Assembly: GCF_022539665.2 (NCBI RefSeq)
Contig: NC_081331.1
Coordinates: 7,502,001-7,566,000 of the forward strand
Direction: 5' to 3'
Source: Daphnia carinata
Lineage: Eukaryota
DNA length: 64,000 nt
Part shown: positions 1 to 13,200 of the stretch, in pieces
How the letters are laid out: the number at the start of each line of letters is the position of its first letter
Numbering within the stretch: position 1 is the first letter of the stretch
Notes under the pieces: generated by a model
The model's database searches: none
What the model was told of the DNA's origin: nothing
Seen by the model: the letters and a program-made list of their open reading frames with translations, nothing else
Position numbers and translations under genes: made by a program

Positions 1-3000
1 CTTTCAGTTCGTCCTCCACCATAGTATTCTTATTTCGCTTACGCCTATTTTGTCCGCTTCTCTATATTCTGTCCCACCAGCACATGAGACGCGTACGAAA
101 ACTTTTACTCCCGCCTATCCACGTTTTGCGCTTCTGCTTACCGTTGTCGCCAGCAGCAAAACGCGTCGATGGCAACTGTTATTGCACACTAGGTGGGATT
201 AATCCCAGAACGAAACGTTTACTCCGTGTGATATGTTAAAAGCTCGTGCGTGCTCAAGTTCGTCATCTATACAACTAGTAAATATACATTGGTCTGCAGC
301 ACGCCTTTCATTATGTCGATACATCTCGTTTGTGACACAATACATTTAGCTTATATTTGATTACGCAATAACAAATTTGCATGCATCGTGAATTTTGTTT
401 ATAAGAAAAAGAAAGAAAGAATGTGGTGACCGTGACTCGTACTTCCATCATATGTAGGCAGCGGTCATACTCTTCGACAACGTAAATTTACCAAATTTGC
501 AGTGGGTCGTCTCTGGCGTATTGCATTGGCATATAATGTAACATTAAACAGCAAAAGCCATCTTTGTGTTTTTAATTTTCAAATGAAACCGCATAGGAAA
601 GCTTTTAATCTCGGATAGGATAGTAGAGAAGTAGTAGTTGCCCATACTTTTATTGAACATATATCCTGGCAAAAAGAAAGGAAAGATCACCTGAAGCCTA
701 AACGTGCCATCTGAGAAAACCATGACCATTTACCTACTACGTTTCTTTAGTTTGGTTTTCTGTTTTTGCTTTCGTTTTATTTATGAATTATTTGCAGCTA
801 GGCCTAAGGAGGAATAAAATATATGGATCTGAGGCAGGTCGTGAGGAGGGAAAAGTGTCGTTTATGAGGGGAAAGATGTCAATCAACTCGACCAGTTATT
901 TTTGCTGCTGAGCCACGTAATAAAAGACGTTCTTCTGAAATAGAACACAATACGGAAAATGTGACGTATTCGTACATGCTGCAATATTTCTGCGACAACG
1001 GAAGGGATATTATTAGAATTACATAAACGTTGTATACAAAGAGAAGACACATGACTTGCTTCGTCAAGCGGGATATATTGATACTTTTAGGGGTAATACA
1101 GTTAATGAGGAATAAAAAGGTAAACCTATTACACCACTGGGGCTTATTCCCAAGTGTTCCAAGTGTACCTGTAAAATATATTCGGAAAAATACGTCAAAA
1201 TGATGTTGGAAGCTACAGCAGAACGTATATAGAAGATTGAATCCGATAATGCATGCTATAAAACCTTCGTAAGTTGCAACTTCTCCAATATATCGTATAA
1301 ATCAACGAATCACTTTTGAATTTCACACGCTTAACTTTGAGTCACCGTAGACGACATGTTCCATAAAAGACAGTAGTGACTTTCTCAAAGGCAATTTTCC
1401 TGTGGACTTACGCATATTTATTGCTTAAACTTTTTCAAAGGGGCGCTTACTTCTTGTTAAAATGATATTTCTTAACAGCGTTCACTGCCTTAAGTTTTGC
1501 GTGTTATGTTTTAAAAACCTAGCCCTATTTCTATCACTTTTTCGAGATTTTTTTGCGCATTAATAATTTTTTCCGTATTTTATTCCCTTTTCTTTCTTTT
1601 AAAATTATTTTATCTTTTTTGTTTATTAATTTTTGTATTTTTGCATTATTTTCATTTCAACGATAAAAATTTTATATTTTTTGCAACTCGCGTTGACTAA
1701 CCGACGAACACGCACACCATTTTACTATGCTTTGCCAATTGAAGGGCATCACGGGGCAGAAGAGATCAAGTAGCTAAAGAGTTTCGTAATTAAACCAGTT
1801 TCGACTTCCTCCGAACGCCCTATGGACACGCCGCTGCCCATATAGCAGAACCATACACATCTCGCTTTCTTTACTGAAGCTTTTGCTATAAAAATAAATT
1901 ACATTCAGAGGATAGTACTCGGAAGCTACTTGCCTATCCACCACGCTTCATCCTTTGCACTAGGATGTATGGCATTGCGTCCCGCAACCCGGAAACTTGG
2001 AACATATTGAGCCAAGCAAGGACACCTTACAGGGGAAATCTTGAAACTTCATCCAATGGCTCGAAGGAAATTAAGCCACAGCATTCGCAACAAAACATTA
2101 GTTGAAAATAATCAGCTGGAACTTATGGTTTATTGTATTTGTGCTAGGCTCTTAAAGTATTTTTTTTTTCCTTTAGCTTGCCACTGTGAAGGGCTTAACC
2201 GTTGTAAGCTACCTCGGTATCGCCACAGTCATCCCTTTCCATCTATGCTTTTTGTAGAAAAAAGTTTGACAGTTTTTAGCGTTTACGTAAAATTATTTTT
2301 TGTTGACTGACGTTTTATTTGTAAGACGCACCGCGGATAAAAATGTTAAAAAAATGATATAAATTTGTTATCACACGTAATAGAGGGTACACATAAAAAA
2401 AATTTACTGCACCGTTCGCCCCCAGAATCACATTGCGGAAAGAAGCCAAGAGCTCATTGTTTGACGCAATTTCACGTGGCACGTGCAACGCGCGCGTGAT
2501 CTACTAGTAAGCCAGAAACTGCTTCAGTTTCCGGAAAAAAAAGTATAGGAAAGGCGAGAAGCTTTACAAAGGCAAATGGATGGCGAAGGGAATGAGCGTG
2601 AAGTCGGCTTATGACAGCAACAGGTGCTCACAGCACATGCATAATTCCAATCTACTGATCACTTGATTGGCACCGAGTTTAAACTGACCATCAGCCAACG
2701 CTAAAGAAAAGAACATCGGGTTAAATCAGGAAAAGCGAAGGTAATTTGATATTGTAACACTGCAACAGCTGAGCGATGATTGCAGACAGCGTAGTGGATT
2801 GTCATGTTATCTACATTAGTTACGTAACACTGATGAAAACCGGTAAGATATAACAAAGGGTAATCTTTATCATCAGGCAAAACGTGATACATTGCTACAC
2901 TTACCGACTTACTGAGGCGGTATAAACCGTAAAGGCACCGTTTTATTAAAGCACACAATTTCACTGCAACGTGGTTCGTACCCTTTGTCACGGGGTTTAC

Positions 3001-6000
3001 AAGAGTTTCATTATCTGCTTTTTCAGTTGAATTGCTAAGACAGCGCGCGCGTTAAAGAAACCGAAGGATTCGCCAAAAATTTCCATCTTTCAAATAAAAA
3101 AAGCCTTTATAAACGTTGAGATCCGGTATGACCTCACAGAGATATTTACATTCCCGTGCAAGACAATCGAGAGTGGCCAGCCCAAAGTAAAAGCTCGTGT
3201 CGTAACGTTCCGGAAAAACCACGTGCAGGTGAGCTTATCGCAACTAGTATGGTAGGTATGGCTTCCATAACCCCGTGTAGTCTGTAACATATGGTCGGTG
3301 TGGGACTCTTATTATGTAGCACTAACAATTTAATATGTCATGATGCAAGAAAAACTCAAAGACAGCGAAACCTATAGATGTTATGTGGCCGTGCAAGGCA
3401 CGTGGCATGGTCGTCATGGCACGCTGTTGGTATAGGGAATACCTATAAATGACTATATCCTACACCAAATTTTTGCATGCCGCCTCGCTCCTATATTTTT
3501 AGTTTACATAAACATCGTCTCACCCAGATCCCGTTGTAAGCTGACTCACTACCTATTTTTTAACTCCACGTAACTGCAACGAAATACAATGTCTGTAATC
3601 TATAAGTAATTATAGCGCCGATATGCCAAATAGTTACCGCATGATTCTGCTGTCATCGTTCAACGTTCAGGCTGACGTGCGAACGGTGTTATCAACGTTG
3701 TTTTCAAAAAGATCGTAAACGTGACTGATTAAAAACTCACGTGTACTTTGTTCCGCATCCTACTATGGCACGGTTTCCTTAAAATTATGCAATAAGTTAT
3801 GATATCCTGATACGCAATGAATTACAAATTTTAATAATGATACAAAATAAACAAAATAATTCTGTAAATACAATTCAAAAGGCCTCGTGCGTTATTGCGC
3901 ACATTTGTGGATGATCGGTTATCTGGCAGCTAGAAGAAAACGAATGATTCACGGTGATATCTATAAAGACGGCGGTCTAGATGAACTAAACATAGTAGGC
4001 TATTGATTGAGATTCATTAAAAGCCGGGAAATGAAACCACGAGGTCGGTAATTCTTTAAACGATTTTATTTTTACTGGCGATGGCATTGGTAGCAATACA
4101 CATTATAATTCAAGTGAAAATCGATGGTTGTTTTAGGCACCATTTTCTAGGGATGAAGCCTGAATTGATGTTTTAATTTTTTCAACGTGTATTGTTCAAC
4201 GTAGTCATCCACGTAAGCCATCTTGCACTTTTACAATCGCCTGGTGTATATAGAAGAAAAGTAAAAATAAAAGAAAACGTCGCTTCCGCTTCCCATCAAT
4301 AAAAGTGAGCTTCAGTTAACATACAAAGGGATAAAGATTCTTACGGTAATTTTTGGTATACTAAACTGATATGTCTTTACGCAGTTTGGCTACAACGGAG
4401 GGACAGTTTATGTATCAATGGCCGTAAAGATATGGACGTTGATCACTAGAGATCTAATATATAAGATTTGTTACTATAAATTTTGGTGATATTTCGAATA
4501 GGACGTTTTATTTTGTTAGAGCATTCCGAAAGTTGCATGTTTTTCAGAGCTTTAACGATTTGAAATTAATTCCCAATCGATTAGACGAATGTATTCAAAA
4601 CTTTTACCCTAAAACTTCATTGATTGAAGCCTATTGATGAGATAACTATGAGCATAAAAAAGACATTATGCGCAGTAAAATAGGCGATTCCTGTCGTTAA
4701 AATCTCAGTTGCTTCGATATCTTGTCATGAAGTACAACCATGCTTTACTCGATCCCAGTTATTCAACATGTTTTAAACATGACCAACACCTTTGTTCGAA
4801 ATCCCGACCGTGCTTATTGGAACGGCTACCAAGTCTTTCCTATTTTTGGCAAGAATAAACTACGCACACGTGTAAGAGACGCTTCAGTTGGGGCCAGCGT
4901 TTGCTCGGTCTACACAAGAATATGAGTTGACGTAGGTATACGAACGAACAGGCGTAAATACATGAGCGAATCGAAGGATATTGCTCCGTAGCTATGTCCT
5001 TGGAAAAGAAAAAAAATGAAATAAGAGAGCAGCACGTGGAGGGGAGGCGACAGAAAAAGGGAGCCGATATGTGGGTGGAGTCGAGAGGACCAAGGCAATA
5101 CTAATGTACTGGCAAGAACCAACAAGCCCCGCTCCCCCCACCCTAATTATTGGCACTACGCTCAGTGGGCTATCTCCCCCTAGGAAATTTTGGGCAATTA
5201 TTATATAAGAGTAATAGGTAATTTATTTTATTTTAGTTGTTTAGTTGTTTTGTCAGATTTGATGGTTAGTCACAGCACTACTGACGAAAGCATCTTGTCT
5301 ACATTTTGACGCTCGGATTACAAGGCTATGTATTACAGAAGAAAGACCAATTCACGCTGTGGGTATTCGCTTAATGGTTAGCGGCTTGATAGATAGCGGG
5401 CCTAATTGGGTAATTAGTAACTATCAAACTTGATTTATTGAAGGTGAATAAGAAATTGAAACGGATGAATAAATAATTTCTTTTCTGCGATTCCTGTTGT
5501 TTGTTGCCTTAAAACGATAAAAGATCAATGACCATCAGCATATAGTACAATAAGTACTAGTGTGTGTGAAACGTTCTCTTTAAAATCTACTAAAGAGAAA
5601 TATTTTTCTCGTCACATATATTGGAAAAGCTGAGTTTAGTTTGAAGATAGGGTAAACAACAACACAGACAAAGCGACAATTTTAAAAATCAGCAGTCGAA
5701 AAGTTATGTTTCCTTATCAGCTAAATTTAGGTGTGTAAGAATTTGGATTGAAGTAGTTCTGTTGCTTACATGCAAATAGCTATGCAATTTTCATGAAAAA
5801 AAAGAAATTGCCGGTATCGTGGTCTTCGTACATGTATTTTGTTCCACATAAAGGTTTGTCAGTCACTATTTTTCAAATATATTTGTTAACTCGAGAAGAA
5901 ACTATTCCAGTAGGCTTCAGTCCTGTTTGGCATGACCTGTTTAGAATGACGAATTTTGTCTTGTCGATCCGGGCAAAAATTTGTTTTTCAATGCGAATAT

Positions 6001-7247
6001 TTAGGTGATCGGTGCGTCCCAGATTAAGATCGGGAAAAAAAATTCGATTGTAATACGTGGCAATCCCGCGTGTCGATAACGCACACCGAAAACACCGCTT
6101 GCTGGCCCGCAAAGGACATTACTTCTTCGCATCAGAAATTTTATTATTTCATGATTTTCAAACGACACATTTTTTTCCTGCCTCTAAAACTAAATACTAA
6201 GAATACAGCGACAGTACTCTAAAAATATAATCGAAATATATTTTTTTATTATGAATCAAAATTACATTATTAAATAAACTATATATAGTCGTTGTTATAT
6301 GGTGCTGGTTAACCCCATACGAATTGGGGAGCTTTTATTTTGAACTCCGTTATGCCGCTTTCTACAAGTTTACCCAGGTTCCTAACCTGGAACTTGCTTC
6401 TTGTTTGTACTTCGTGTGGAACTGAAATTTTTCATTTAGGAGACAAGGAAAAAGAAAAAAAACATACATTCATTTTTTCAGCTGCAGAGAAACAGAAATC
6501 TACATAACAGTTCAGTATGAAACTGTTGCATTTGAGAATTTCATGTGGGGGACTACCACGTGACTAACTGAACAACCAAGGGAAGTAGCAACCAAACGTA
6601 CGGGAATTAGAGACTATATCCATCAAAATCTTGATTCTGATTTTCCTTCTGAATTGAATTCAGGAGCCGAATCACCAGAAAGTCAACATATGCTTCTTTC
6701 TTTTTAATGTGCCGCCATTTATCCAGTATTAATACAATAGTGCAGTTAGCTTTAGTGGCCTCATGGCATGCGGTAGTCGCCTCATTTCGCTTTGATGACA
6801 AAAGAATCTCCCCTTTCGCCCCAATGAGCTTTATTTTTAGAGGGGGTTTGGCGGGACAGAGACTTCTACCTAATGTACAGCCAATGCGACCGATCCCTTG
6901 TCGGGGTTAAGTTGTTTTCACAGTTGGTTTCTTCGTTTTTCGTTTAACGGCACTCTAGAGCATATAGGCGTCCGGCGTTGTCAGTTTTATTTAAGTAAAA
7001 AATTCTTGTTTTACACGAACCATGGTGTAGCTACTAGCATGGTGTAACAACTCTCCATTTTAATGCCTATCTCGAATGAAGCCTGTTTCAGAGGAGATGG
7101 GTGGGGCCTAATTGAGGTTACATATAGCCAACGCCACCATAGGAACTACTTAGGAACTAGATCATTCACCAACGGTTTGCCATTTTATTCGCACTGGAAA
7201 CGTTAATGGCGTCGTGTAATTAACGCTTTGATAGTGTTCTTCGAAAA

Positions 7248-7380
7248 ATGGTGAGTAAATTGTACCTCGTCGATGGTTATTAAACTCGGGGTAATCAAGT
7301 AAATGGCTCTGCAACACTCTTCCATCCATAAAGGATAATTTCGATAAGTAGGAAACAGTTTTCCCGAAGAAAAACCTTCT
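7248..7380 (+). pseudogene. Degenerate THAP-domain-like N-terminus of a P-type transposase
   Basis: ATG at 7248. Manual translation across a stop and a frameshift gives MVSKLYLVDGY*...SATLF..KDNFDK*ETVFPKKNL, resembling THAP 'LF..PKD....W...IP'. Short GT-AG intron-like segments follow. Confidence 0.4.
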
Positions 7381-8049
7381 AGGTATATTTAGGTTATGTT
7401 GTCCCTGTGTGCTTTCTTATCATTATTATGTTTTACTCGCAGACCCTGCTCCAACAGCCAGAGTAATCATCAACCATTGACAACTTTGAGTGCTAATCCA
7501 GGTAAACTACATACGTAAATGATGACCTTATCTTCTCCTATCTGTATGATTTGCTAATATTCTCATTTGTATCCTCTCCCTCAGTTGAGAAGAAACATTT
7601 TCATTCCAAATGGAAGATCATGTGTTCCATTTTGGGCTCACTGTTTAGGTCACCATCCACTGATCTCTAAACGAATAAGACCACACACAGCAGCTCACAT
7701 CTGATTGAGGTGATGGGCATACACCAGCTTATATTTCTTTGGATCGGGAAAAATGCACTTGCCTCCGTTGTGTTAATTGGTATACATTTCTGGGAAACTT
7801 TACCAAATTATTTATAAATTGTCTGATTGATGGCCTTGCCCAACATCTAGTGCCAATCGTGTAATTACCATTTGACTCAACATGTTTCTATTCATTCTGA
7901 GACGGAAACTCTAGATCCTGATCTCTATCTCAATCCCAAGGATAACTGTTTGGTGAGTTATGAAGGTACAATAAGTTAAGATTTAGATCCCATTGAATCC
8001 AAGCTGATAATTTATTACAATTTAGGCATACAGTACAATTGAATACAAG

Positions 8050-8490
8050 CAGACCTGCCGTAATCGCGATTGAAAATTAATCGCGATTGTGATTTCGATT
8101 AAATTTTAATCGACGATCAAATTATTTTAAAATAATCGAAATCGGCGATTTCGATTAAAATTTTTAATTTAATCGGGCGATTATTTTTCCGATTATTTAG
8201 CGACATCTGTGAACGGTAGATGAGACTATATGAAAGTCTACTCATAGCTTTGTCACTTTTCTAGCAGACGCTTTTTTGAAATGTTCACTTGTTTCAATTT
8301 TTTAAATTTAAACAATGGCAAGTTATTATCTTACTGCTAGATGGCGCTCAAAAATAATCGGAAAAACAATCGCTAAGAAATTTAATCGCCGATCAAATTT
8401 TTTCAACAGACGAATGATCGCCGATCATTTTTTTTGCGATTATCGACGACTACCGAAAATCGCTCAAGAAATAATCGGACGGCAAGTCTG
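8050..8490. mobile_element. Non-autonomous hAT-type MITE nested in the P-like element
   Basis: TIR cagacctgccgt / acggcaagtctg (1 mismatch). Perfect 8-bp TSD AATACAAG at 8042-8049 and 8491-8498. Many subterminal AATCG/CGATT motifs and no ORF. Confidence 0.9.
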
Positions 8491-10759
8491 AATACAAGCA
8501 CAGACTCCACGCCACGTAGCCGAAATCCGATCAAATTCATAGGCCTTACACCAACTGATTTTTCTTCAGATGAAACAACTTAACTTGAATGAGACTCCAG
8601 TGAGATTGTGGCGATGTTTACTTGGAATTGCCATTATTTTAATATTTTGAACAAGATAATTTAAGAAACATCCCTGACAATATAAATCTGTCTGAACAGA
8701 ATGCAAAATTAAAAAATTTTGTTCATTTTTATTTCCTTATGGAGCGTCAATAAGTAATGAAGTACATAAGCAACGCAGCTGCTAAATCAGGAAAGATAAT
8801 TCTGATACGTAATGAGCAATGGGACAAGTCCCCTTGTTTGGACTTAGAAAATTTTTTTATGTACGTGCAGCCCTTACCGCTTACTTCAACATCGGCCAGT
8901 AGGCGTCTCTGACTAAAGGTAACCTAGACCACAAACAGGCTTCTGCCGAGATAGGCCGTTATAACCAAGAGTTGTTACACCATGCTAATACACCATGCAC
9001 GAACTAGTGTTTGGGATCGGTCCGGTTCTCGAAAACTCGGATTTTCCACAGATCTTCACCAAAAATTATCAACGTGGGCGAATTAGATAGACGATTTGCA
9101 GAGATGGGTTTGTTGGGACGGCTTTGATGGGCAAACCGAGTATACTCACCGTCATTTTGGAAAATAATGGCTTGAAGGGCGCCAAATCGAAAAAAGGTAC
9201 AGTGTCGGTCTAGTTATAGAACCGGCCTGTGCGCGGTTCTATAACTGAATGGTTCTATAACCGAGCAGCCGATCTCAGAGCCACCTATCCTCTATTCTTT
9301 CATCACACAGATTTTGATAGTATGGGAATGTAAAAGCGAATAGCACAGGGGTAGTGCTGATCTCTACGCAACTACCCAGAATAGGGGGAAGGGGGTTCTC
9401 ATATTAGAATTTAATACCTCAACCATTCCTGCATTATTTTACGAACAATAGGGTTCTACCACAAAGAGGATGCCCCATCAACGATTGGTCATTATATTAG
9501 ATACAGTGCCGGTCCACTTCTAGAAACCCTTAGCTATCGAACCGGCTCGGTTATTGAACCGATTTTTCTCTGCCGTGATTCAGTGCCTATAATTAATAAA
9601 TGGAAAAAAACAAAACGACACGACGAGCAAAACGACACGAAAAGTGTCGTTTTGTAATACAGTTGTTTAAAAATTCTGATAACATTAAAAGACAAAGAGA
9701 AAAGTAGCACAATAAGTCATTTTGTTCTATTGTTTTCCGCCTGAATTCGTTTAGAAGGCTATTATTTTACGTAAAGTCATTAAACCAATTTGCACTATTG
9801 TCTAAAATTGCTAAAACCAATTTTAATAACATGTGTTTGTACGTTTTAAAGTGCTTAATCCGTTCATTCCAACCAAAAAATATGGATTTAGTTCAAAATA
9901 CAGCCAATGGCGGCGCTGAAACACGGCAAGGAAAAATCGGTTCGATAGCATAATACATATATACGCCTGTTGATGAAAACGTTTATATCAACTGCTATGC
10001 CCATTATCGACTCGGTAGCAATTTAATTGAAAGCACTAATTCGACAGAAGGCTGGTTCCTGCAGTAGGAAACGCAAACGTAATGGGAAAAATTTATATTA
10101 AACGAATGAATGTTTAAAGCATTTTGCCCGTGGTGGGAATGACTTTACGTATGTTAAGACAAATAATAAGCGAGAACTCGAGAGGCGTTTTACTAACAAT
10201 GATGAATGTATTTTTCTAGGCTAAGTCATAATAATATAATAAGGGCAAGCGAATACAACAAGGAAAAAGAAACAGTTTGGAAACAGAAGTGAAGAAGATA
10301 ATTGCAATTAAACCTTACTATATACACAATACTACTGTATCATAAACGGGATAAGTGGAAGAGAAACGAGATGAAAACGAAACGAAATACACTCGTTTTT
10401 ACGTTGGGGACACAGAGATAAGGATTTGAATAAGTAATGCAGATTACAGTTAAACTGTCCGGTAGCACTGCGTGTCAGATTGATTTAATTAAGTCAAGCA
10501 GAACTATGAAAGCACTAAAATTAAAATATGCTTATAACCAAATGCTAATCAAGGCAAACGCAACGAAATGGCTTGAGGCAACTACTCGACTCAGAAGCAA
10601 TTCCTTGACTGATGCTCATGAGTTTTTGGGTTCACCATGGAACATCATGCGTCGCGCGTGCAGCCAACGCATTTCGATCACACGTGTTGCGCATATTGTG
10701 TTGCAACTAAGAAGTCTTGATGGTGATTAAAAATACGAAGAAGGAGAATATATATTGAA

Positions 10760-11530
10760 AATATATATATGGCTTCGTGAGATTACGATTTTTAACCAGA
10801 TTGGATGCATTGGAACAGATAAGGTAAGTGTTGGTTTTGAACCGTCCGTGGCTGTAAGCACACGACCCAGATGAGCTTAAAGAAACCACAACTATAGAGG
10901 TGCGTAAGGAGAATAGGGCGAAAAGACATGGTGTACCGATGAAGAAATAATTTTTTGTAGTCTCCCAACAGGAAGTATAAGTTTCAATCCCTGTTGCTGT
11001 TAATAAGATATTGGTTGCGCTTGGTTTTGTGGTGTAATACAAATTGTTTGGGTGGTTGTTCGTCTATCGCGGCGGCTATATCGGGCATAATATTCATGTG
11101 ATTAAAGATGACGACAGTATATGCAGGATTACTTTGATGTTCATAGTAAAATAGTACGACCTTTTCATAACGAGAAAAGTGTGCAAGCGTCTGCGGCGGT
11201 AACACAATATTGTCTTGAATTTCATTTTAAGTGTTATTACGGGATGCGTAAGGTTTGTCATTGAAATTAACAAATCCAATAGGAAGATGAATATTTTAAT
11301 TGAATTCCAATCCATCGAGGTTAATCGTATAATTTTTAAAATTTTGGTTGCGGTCCGTAAGATGTCAGCATGGTTTCAAATGTGTCATTGCAAAGGCTTT
11401 GCATTGCGTGAGTCCAGCCGTTTTCCCGAAAGCTTGTAGTTTTTGAACAGGGTAAATTGAATTATGAAGCTACTAACCATCTAGTATATTCCCGTTAATT
11501 TCATGGCTTTTTCTAAACAAGTAAATAAAA
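10760..11530 (-). pseudogene. Decayed env-like (gB-like fusion glycoprotein) gene of an LTR retroelement, copy 1
   Basis: Frameshifted pieces (WLVAS.FNLP..LQAFGKTAGLTQCK; GPQPK..NYTINLDG; GFVNFNDKPYASRNNT; YEHQSNPAY...HMNIMPDIAAAIDE; hydrophobic TM-like C-terminus) align by eye with the env ORF at 63380-64000. Confidence 0.7.
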
Positions 11531-11866
11531 TTTCTCCTGTAGAAATAGGACTGGAAATTTTCAGTACCGTTTCCCAGTCCTATTGCGTTTTAGTCCTATT
11601 TCATCGCCAATCGTATGGACAGCAAAACAACTAGATTTGTGTATGCCAATTGTTCGTGTATTGTGAATCAATGTGGGGAAATCTCGTTTGGTTAGTTTTG
11701 CAAATCTATTTTTGCTTCTTCCAACGTCCTCAGTTTTACAGCACATCCAATGTTGTGTAGACCCGAATCAGGATCTACCAGACAGTAATGAAGTAAGATG
11801 CCAATTTTGTTTCGTCATTTGAAATTTTGTAATTAGCCTTAAAGTTAATTGAAGGTTCAGCATTTT

Positions 11867-12099
11867 GAAACTCATATTGTTTCCACTATGCTCACATCGA
11901 ATACATGCATATTTGATGCTTTTTGAATGTAGTTCACGAAACTCATTGCATCACACTTTGTTCACATTGACTACACGGCTATTTGATGTTGTTTTGATCT
12001 GTTTCATGAAACTCATTGCATCAAACTATATTTACATTGAAAACAGTGTATTTTATGCGGTTTGAATGTAGTTTCTGTAACTGATTGTATCACACTATA
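11867..12099. repeat. Diverged minisatellite, ~70-bp unit, ~3.3 copies
   Basis: Recurring gaaactcattgcatcacact...cacattga...tatttgatgc..tttgaatgtagtt units. The array ends at the Copia LTR. Confidence 0.7.
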
Positions 12100-12474
12100 T
12101 GTTGAATTTCCATAACACACGCTACCAGATGGCATTTCTTGTCGTAACAAAAGAGTGATAAAGAAATGACCGGTAGAGGACAGAAGTTAAGTTGTCCTCT
12201 TATGGTTGCTGTATAGTAGCAACCCACGTCTTTTTCAGTCTGATGATCGACCACTACTTCATATCCATTTTTTTTTCTTTAGACAACGTGGTAATAACCA
12301 TTCTCGTGAGTTATCTTCCTTATTTCTTCATATCACATCAATCAGGTAATTGGCCATACCATGTAGAAAATACCTTGTCTACGTACGAATTATGTTGTAA
12401 ACACACGTTTTGCCTGTACCAAAAATACAGATGCCTCACATCATATAAAAGAGAACCGTATAAAGAAATCAACA
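12100..12474 (+). repeat. Copia 5' LTR
   Basis: Inverted termini TGTTGAATTTC...GAAATCAACA, followed immediately by GGTTACTGGCCCAG, close to the copia-type PBS GGTTATGGGCCCAG (internal tRNA-iMet priming). Confidence 0.8.
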
Positions 12475-12682
12475 GGTTACTGGCCCAGGTACCAACCAAC
12501 GCAAAATACAAGATGTCAACATTGAGATAAGTAATCCATATCGCGAAGTTATACGGACAAAACTTTTCGAGGGAAGGGAGGGAAGAATCTCTCCCTGCTG
12601 AGATATGCTGTACAGAATGCTTATCTTTGTACACTCACTGATGATAATTATTACATTCCGTCACAGGATGTTAGAAATCGTG

Positions 12683-13034
12683 TGTCACCGATTTGATCAG
12701 TAGGGGTAAGCTCCGCTTGGAAACCAGAGGGCTCCCTGATCGGTCACTAAAGGTGGGTGCCGGTCTGGGTAGTCTAATATAGTCCTTTTTGTGTTTTTTT
12801 GTTCGAGTGGGTCGTCGATCCACACCTAGATAGCCTGAAAAACTCAACGCAGATAGTTGTCGAACCCCCTTCAGAAGGTGTGAGCTAAAGAGCAACCGAA
12901 GTGTGTCCTTCCAAATACAGTCCATTCAAGCTCGCTTCTTCTTTAGTTTCGTTATCTTGATAAGTTAAGGGAACCAGGGGCTTTCAAGACTGTCGGTCGT
13001 AAAAGCCATTACCGATCTTTCGAGATGTGTAACA
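12683..13034 (+). repeat. BEL-A1 5' LTR
   Basis: Direct repeat of 19685-20038 with TG...CA termini. Confidence 0.95.
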
Positions 13035-13200
13035 AATGGTATCGAAACCCGGGATTTCTGGAAATCGAATAGTGTAAATCTCCATTTCCAGCTGCCGACT
13101 TTGTACTGTATCGACCTCAAATTGCTCACGTTTTCATATTCACATTGGTTGCGTCTGTTAAGCATTTTCTACATTGGTGCTTCCCTACCTGAATTGCAAG

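Larger units (their letters stand above)
7021..8997 (+). mobile_element. Non-autonomous P-superfamily-like (THAP) DNA transposon
   Basis: Imperfect ~70 bp terminal inverted repeats starting CATGGTGTA: left catggtgtagctactagcatggtgtaacaactct...gcctatctcg..gaagcctgttt, right aaacaggcttc..cgagataggc...agagttgttacaccatgctaatacaccatg. A 7-bp direct repeat CACGAAC flanks it at 7014-7020 and 8998-9004. A THAP-like relic lies inside. Confidence 0.75.

Noticed and set aside
1..7000. Short ORFs and exon-like pieces in AT-rich DNA
   Set aside because: No recognisable domains or consistent splice model; consistent with intergenic or intronic sequence.
9198..9950. Short inverted motifs (tatagaacc/ggttctata; tcgaaccg/cggttcga) suggesting MITEs
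   Set aside because: Could not define matching termini and TSDs.
11867..12099. Repeat array as a CRISPR candidate
   Set aside because: Contiguous diverged tandem units without unique spacers, eukaryotic context, and no cas genes.
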